A stretch of DNA of 11,224 nucleotides from NCBI GenBank assembly GCA_043739185.1, contig JAYUEN010000416.1, positions 1 through 11,224 of the forward strand, in the 5' to 3' direction. The stretch's first letter is position 1, and each line of letters begins with the position of its first letter. Origin of the DNA: Bdellovibrionales bacterium. Its GTDB lineage: Bacteria > Bdellovibrionota > Bdellovibrionia > Bdellovibrionales > JAMPXM01. The position numbers were made by a program, and so were the translations under genes. The notes beneath the pieces are model-generated. The model saw only the letters and a list, made by a program, of their open reading frames with translations. It did no database searches and was not told the DNA's origin. Positions 6,324 to 11,224 of this stretch are shown here, piece by piece.

Positions 6324-6725
6324 ATGCTCATTCTATTAAATATTTTATTGGCAGCTGTTGTCGTTGTACCAAATATATCTGCGGCTCAAACCACGTCGAT
6401 TCCCTGACTCGCGAAAATTGCAAAGTTGAATTCTTGGGAGATGGTAACGGGTTCTCAATTAAACTGCATGGCGAAGGAATTAGAGTTTCATCAATCTTTC
6501 ATTGCGCTTTGCTCATCGGATCACAGTGAGCTATCAGCTCATTATCAAAAGTATTTAGCTTTGAAGGCAGTTTACCTAGCTGCGTTCGAAAAAGTTCGTA
6601 CTTCAAAAGACCTACCCATCAGAAATTTGGCACTTCTAGACATGCAGGTAGCGGAACAGGATTGGAGAGGCAGGGGTTTTCGCACAGGGGAATTCGCAAT
6701 TTCAGAAATTCAGTCAGTTCAATGA
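6324..6725 (+). pseudogene. Putative secreted protein interrupted by in-frame TGA at 6405-6407
   Basis: GGAGG RBS at 6311-6315, ATG 6324, signal peptide MLILLNILLAAVVVVPNISAA. The same frame continues after the TGA into the 6426-6725 ORF. Confidence 0.6.
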
Positions 6726-6789
6726 ATTTAACTTGTGTAGGTCGATGAATGGGTCAATTTCATTCTCTAAATTCAATTTAAAACATTTT

Positions 6790-8289
6790 TTATTCACGAA
6801 ATAGCTTTAAATATTCGTCAAATTCTTTGGAATTAAGATTACTTTCAACATTCATAGAAATACCCACTTGAAGTTCGCTTCCAATGTCAGATTTGGCAGT
6901 TGAAAATTGAGTCACTTCCGTTTTTAAATTTCTTTCAATGACGGTTTTTAATGACGATTTTAACGAAGAGTCTTTTTTTACCAAAGCAACAGCCATAGAA
7001 ATCATAGCTTGCGTGATGCTTGTCTTATCTTCTAAAGATTTTACCGACTCAACTGGAAGCTGAGTTATGCTGGCAACATAGTAATCGTCAGGCCTTTCCA
7101 CGATCAACTTTACCAAAATACCAATTATCATTTTTGCTCGCTCATTAAGTTCGTGATTTTTAAAATTTAAATATTGAGTTAATGAATTGAAACCTGATGA
7201 AACAAATTGATTTCGAATATCACTTTTTTGATCGGTTAATAATTTTTCTGTGCTATGCTCCAATGTGTCCACATCGGGATTCGTCACTTGCATCAACTTA
7301 AGTGACCAATACAATTGCCCTATGGAAGCCACATTTGAAGGCGTGAATTTACCTTCGACCTTTCTTAAAATTTCATTTCCTCTATCCACGCCACTATTAA
7401 AAAAGTAAGTCTCCTGACTTTTCTCTATTTTTGATTGCTTAGAAAAAAGTAAATGATTTACAAAGGATGCCGCTGACCCAAGCATCTCAGGTTTTGCTTG
7501 AGAAATTAATTGATATAAAATTGCACTTTTTATTTCTATCGGATAATCACTAAGAAACTCTGCTTTTGCTTCATTAAAAAGTGTGGCGCCTGTAGTCTCT
7601 TTGGTTTTTTCAAAAAGTATGGGTAAGAGGCCCAAGCTAAGTTCGGAGTTTTTTAATGACATGAGTGTTCTAAGACTTGCGCTTTTTCGCTCCAATAGCT
7701 CTGCGAAGGCCACTTTTGCTAAGCTATAATCGTTTAGATCAGACAAAAGCTCTTCTTTTTTGGCTTTATTAGGATATTCAGATTTAAAATTAGTGTTAAA
7801 AATCCGGTCCAATCGTCCTGTAATTTCCGTATTGCTGGGGAGGAGTTCTTTGCCGGCATAAATGACATCTTGACCCTTTTTTACTTCACCTAAGTTCAAA
7901 TGACCAAAAAGGCGATGATCTAAAGGCGATTTGTTGGGATCAGTCCACTCCACCCCAGTATAAATATTAAGGTCTAAGTTTTTAGAAAGCTCAATAGTGA
8001 CCTCTTCAATTAGTAAATAGTTTTTTCCATTCTCGTCAACTTTAGCAATGTTGACTTGCAAAGTTGGTAATTTATCTGGTCGATGCCAGATTTTTTTAAT
8101 AAGCAAAGTCACTTTCCTTTCTTTTGAATTTATAGCAACTACTGAGCCTAAAATTGCTAATCCGGACATCTCAACAACCTGAAGAAGACCATAGTGCTCG
8201 GTAAATAGCTGACCTGCACAAGCCGGCGATGGTGAATAGGTTAGAAAAAAACATAGTATTAAAGCGAGGGGTAATATTTTATTTTTCAT
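6790..8289 (-). CDS. Hypothetical secreted protein (499 aa)
   Basis: Long uninterrupted ORF with signal peptide MKNKILPLALILCFFLTYSPSPACA; visibly AT-rich; no family recognised. Confidence 0.8.
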   Translation of the reverse strand: MKNKILPLALILCFFLTYSPSPACAGQLFTEHYGLLQVVEMSGLAILGSVVAINSKERKVTLLIKKIWHRPDKLPTLQVNIAKVDENGKNYLLIEEVTIELSKNLDLNIYTGVEWTDPNKSPLDHRLFGHLNLGEVKKGQDVIYAGKELLPSNTEITGRLDRIFNTNFKSEYPNKAKKEELLSDLNDYSLAKVAFAELLERKSASLRTLMSLKNSELSLGLLPILFEKTKETTGATLFNEAKAEFLSDYPIEIKSAILYQLISQAKPEMLGSAASFVNHLLFSKQSKIEKSQETYFFNSGVDRGNEILRKVEGKFTPSNVASIGQLYWSLKLMQVTNPDVDTLEHSTEKLLTDQKSDIRNQFVSSGFNSLTQYLNFKNHELNERAKMIIGILVKLIVERPDDYYVASITQLPVESVKSLEDKTSITQAMISMAVALVKKDSSLKSSLKTVIERNLKTEVTQFSTAKSDIGSELQVGISMNVESNLNSKEFDEYLKLFRE

Positions 8290-8398
8290 TTATAAATAGT
8301 CCTTTGGCAATTTGCAATACGATAAGCAACTTTCAATTATGCTTTAGGCATTTGAAGTTATGCAACAAATATCGGGCGAATTCATATTCTACACAAAG

Positions 8399-8551
8399 GC
8401 GTCACCTGATATTCACTACTCAAATTCGATGATTGAAAGTCTTTACCGATCACTCAAAAATAATTACCTTTATCATCAAGGGATTAACAGCATTGAGGAT
8501 TTAGCTAGAAAGGCCGATTTCTATTTCCGCGAACACAACGACGTGATTCCG
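8399..8551 (+). pseudogene. DDE transposase remnant (C-terminal integrase-core segment, IS3/IS481-like)
   Basis: DIHYSNSMIESLYRSLKNNYLY...FYFREHNDVIP matches the N-x-x-x-E-x-x-x-x-x-LK helix and the following HN..P motif. Upstream D,D residues are missing. Confidence 0.75.
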
Positions 8552-8699
8552 CTTGCAGCTCCGCAAGGCTTCCTCCATTTATTACGTAAAGACTTTTGTA
8601 TGTACGGCGTAGATCGTGAATACGTATCTTTCGAAGCTCTGCTTTATCAAAATTGCGTTTGTGAAATCGTCGTATCTGATGCTCGTCGCAATTGGTGCC
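8550..8699 (-). pseudogene. Tyrosine recombinase remnant (box II)
   Basis: Manual translation gives ...DKAELRKIRIHDLRRTYKSLYVINGGSLAELQA, with HDLRRT at 8618-8601. It is truncated just before the expected LGH and catalytic Y. Confidence 0.8.
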
Positions 8700-8757
8700 T
8701 TAATCAAAATCTTGTCCGAAGGCCGATCTTCCCTTTCGGGGAGTTATAACTTAGCCC

Positions 8758-10326
8758 CTATTCATCAGAATATCCATCTCCAAAAGTTGCACTCGGAAAA
8801 ACAACGCCGTTAAATGACATGAGGCCGGCAGAACCAGCATAAAATACAACAGCTCCACCTGGATCAATTAATATTGTTCCCATTGTCAGACCCGAAGAGT
8901 TGCAGCAAACGGGAAAGTAGCCAGCCTTCAAGGGCCTAAACCCAAGGGGTAAATTGAACATGACTGTAGTTCCTGAAGATGGAGCTGATTGCCCATCAGG
9001 TAGCTTCAGTGCTCCGCTAAGATAGACCAAGCCCTCACGAGTTTTTCGACAACTTAAGGATCCGTAGATATTAGAATAAAATGGTACCCACGAGTTGAGT
9101 GGAGCCAAAGCCTTACTTACTCCCATTGTACCTTGGCCTGAGTCTTGGATCTTATTTGTAGTCGTACCGGCATTATAAGTTTGTCGACCGATAGCTACAT
9201 CAACGCAATCAGGCCCCACAGAAATTGCATTCATTGCGGGATGATCAGAATTTAACACATTATTTTCTATCGATAGGCCACGCGCATTTCGGAGCCTTAC
9301 TAAGCAATTAGCGGTAGTTTCGCCAAAGGCAGAAACCAAATTGCATTCTATGACTCCACCATACATCACACCATTAGCTCCAGAAATATTAATCACGGCG
9401 CCATCGTTCGAGGAGAGCGCATTGCCGTTTGAATTTTCAATATTATTTCTAATAATATTGTACCTACTTCCCGCATATATTTTGATAGCGCCAGCACTCG
9501 AAGTAATATTGTTGTCTATAATGGATAGAAGCGAAGCTGTGTCTGGGCTGCCGTTAACTAAATGACTCACCAAACTCGCTTCAATTCCGATTTGATTGCC
9601 TGTTATAATACAATTTCTTATGACAATAGAATCACCACTCTGACTGAGCATGACCCCACCCTGCAAAAAACAATTTTCTATAAGTGCAGCATACAATCCA
9701 CCATTCCCATTTTGGGAGGTATCGTTGGAGTGATAAAATGCGCGGCCATTACCTTGCTGAATGTAGACATCTCTCATAGTGAATTTCGCCAACTGTTGCC
9801 CTTTCAATAAAGTCCTACAAAAAACTCCTTGGTTTCCGTTCCGAGCTCCAGCGTTTGGGTTTCCAATGAAAATTCCCTCAATAGTTGTAAATGCTTTATC
9901 CTCAGGGTAGTTTTGATCCGGGCTAAAAACCATAATCTGAGTTGTTGCAGCCACGCTCGGAAGCGGAAGTATAGCAGAATAAAATGGTCCATCTCCCAAG
10001 ATGCGAATTGGATTTTTAAACAATAGACAACTATTTTCAGGACTTGCTAAGCTGCTTGCGCGCACGCCGTAAATACCTTTTGGAAAGTAGAGTGTGCCAC
10101 CCGCGGGTCCACAGGCATTGATCGCACTTTGAATTGCGTCGGTGTCATCACTACCAGTTGTGTCCGCATTGCCAAGAGCGCCATAGCTTTTGACATTTAT
10201 AAAGGTTGGTACCGCGCGCACTCCAGCCACAATAGTTCCAGCTATTGCGTTTTTAGAAGCAAGAAAAAGAGGGACCGAGCTCAGAGTAGCTGCTGACTTT
10301 AAAAAATGTCTTCGTTGGGTTTGCAT
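8758..10326 (-). CDS. Tat-exported right-handed beta-helix protein (Pectate_lyase_3-like) with phage tail-fibre-type C-terminal domain
   Basis: Twin-arginine QRRHFLK with an AIA cleavage site; FINVKSYGALGN...DDTDAIQSAIN...TLYFPKGIY; Asn/Ile-rich beta-helix rungs; C-terminal NSWVPF...GLVYLSGAL...FNLPLGFRP...ILIDPGGAV. Confidence 0.88.
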   Translation of the reverse strand: MQTQRRHFLKSAATLSSVPLFLASKNAIAGTIVAGVRAVPTFINVKSYGALGNADTTGSDDTDAIQSAINACGPAGGTLYFPKGIYGVRASSLASPENSCLLFKNPIRILGDGPFYSAILPLPSVAATTQIMVFSPDQNYPEDKAFTTIEGIFIGNPNAGARNGNQGVFCRTLLKGQQLAKFTMRDVYIQQGNGRAFYHSNDTSQNGNGGLYAALIENCFLQGGVMLSQSGDSIVIRNCIITGNQIGIEASLVSHLVNGSPDTASLLSIIDNNITSSAGAIKIYAGSRYNIIRNNIENSNGNALSSNDGAVINISGANGVMYGGVIECNLVSAFGETTANCLVRLRNARGLSIENNVLNSDHPAMNAISVGPDCVDVAIGRQTYNAGTTTNKIQDSGQGTMGVSKALAPLNSWVPFYSNIYGSLSCRKTREGLVYLSGALKLPDGQSAPSSGTTVMFNLPLGFRPLKAGYFPVCCNSSGLTMGTILIDPGGAVVFYAGSAGLMSFNGVVFPSATFGDGYSDE

Positions 10327-10494
10327 ATTTTTCCTGCCTTTATTTATTTATGCTTCGCTGAAGCTTTAGATTTAACTTGATTACAATTCAATTATAGTGC
10401 CACCTGTATTTTCGTTTTCGAAATCAAAACTAGCTGGATCTATTTAGAATTGACCATCTAGAAATGAGTCGCGCCTGCAATGATACTCACTATT

Positions 10495-10532
10495 AGTGCA
10501 GTAAAAACTCGAAGAGTTGTTTTTGCTGCACT
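10495..10532. other. 14-bp imperfect inverted repeat downstream of the 155-aa gene (possible terminator or mRNA-stabilising hairpin)
   Basis: AGTGCAGTAAAAAC / GTTTTTGCTGCACT with one mismatch, 14 nt past the stop at 10547; no strong U-tract. Confidence 0.5.
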
Positions 10533-10546
10533 TCTCTTAAGATAGA

Positions 10547-11014
10547 TCAATAGTTAGACATTGACGTGCAGGTAGTATCGCCATTTTTGCAACCTCCACC
10601 TGAGCTTCGGTAGTTATCTGCAGTGCTTGAAATCGCTGCTCCCGCGTCTATAGCTCCTTGGCCCTGTTGTTGTTCATTGTAGCTGCCGTCCCAGGTACCA
10701 ATATCCTTCGCTTCATTTCCCAGGAATGTTGCTACTTGGCCATATGTGGAGGCTTGGGAAAAACTTGCGTTTGCTTGGGCTTGATATTGATTAGACAACC
10801 ATGTCAAGCCGACACTCGCCAAGGAGTTAGCTGTGCTCTGTTGACCAATACCTGTAGCCAATGCGCTTGCACCGGCTGAAATATATGTCTGAGCGTAACC
10901 CATATATTCACCGAATGATGTTGCGTTTGCATTTAGTCCATATAGAACGAAAAACATAGACAATAATTTCTTCTTTGAAGTTACAGTCTTGAGTAGGTTT
11001 GTTAAATTCATCAT
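10547..11014 (-). CDS. Hypothetical secreted Ala/Ser/Gly/Gln-rich protein (155 aa)
   Basis: GGGAG RBS (11022-11026) 7 nt before ATG 11014; signal-like KKKLLSMFFVLYGLNANA; C-terminal C-x6-C. Confidence 0.7.
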   Translation of the reverse strand: MMNLTNLLKTVTSKKKLLSMFFVLYGLNANATSFGEYMGYAQTYISAGASALATGIGQQSTANSLASVGLTWLSNQYQAQANASFSQASTYGQVATFLGNEAKDIGTWDGSYNEQQQGQGAIDAGAAISSTADNYRSSGGGCKNGDTTCTSMSNY

Positions 11015-11224
11015 ATTAATACTCCCGTGGTAATGTTGGCTTTCACTTCCCCGTGTTAATTCGAGGAAGATCATCAGAACACCATGCTCTGACTCAATTA
11101 AGATTAGCGCCCTATAGGTGAATTCTAAATGAACAAATTTGACGATAAGTTCTCTGAATAGCCAATCATTATGGGCTTCTATTCTTTTGTGTTTCAAGAT
11201 GAGATACCACTATTTTGAGCTTTA

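Noticed and set aside
8728..8743. Minus-strand GAAA-tetraloop hairpin after the beta-helix gene as a terminator
   Set aside because: Short mismatched stem and no U-tract.
8360..8749. 129-aa ORF as an intact gene
   Set aside because: Composite of a transposase fragment and the antisense of an integrase fragment.
9341..10026. Short ORFs overlapping the 522-aa gene
   Set aside because: Shadow ORFs within a well-supported CDS.
11015..11197. 61-aa N-terminal extension of the last ORF
   Set aside because: RBS and signal peptide both point to ATG 11014.

Overview
Accessory, mobile-element-derived window. The host is uncertain; the gene style is reminiscent of Bdellovibrionota/Oligoflexia (inference only). 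Left part (1-3363) is the end of an integrative element: a 5'-truncated mobilisation protein with a degenerate DUF3991/Toprim-like C-terminus, a small RHH-like DNA-binding protein, an HTH_17 excisionase and a tyrosine integrase. These are followed by a 24-bp 3' fragment of a tRNA-His (att core centred on the T-loop). The DNA right of the core looks like a second integrase arm (IHF-like sites plus three GATGACA repeats) rather than host DNA, so this is probably an intact attP or a junction between tandem islands. Right part (3364-11224) is patchwork cargo: a 72-aa secreted peptide with a duplicated YAVQDQKAV motif, a BrnT/BrnA toxin-antitoxin pair with a palindromic operator, a repeat-rich origin-like region, an in-frame chimera of a replication-relaxation wHTH and a GNAT C-terminus, a P-loop AAA_33-type protein, a secreted-protein gene broken by an in-frame TGA, a 499-aa orphan secreted protein, abutting remnants of a DDE transposase and a second tyrosine recombinase (the latter absent from the ORF track), a Tat-signal beta-helix protein with phage tailspike architecture, and an Ala/Ser/Gly-rich secreted protein. 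All family assignments are by motif recognition; no searches were run.
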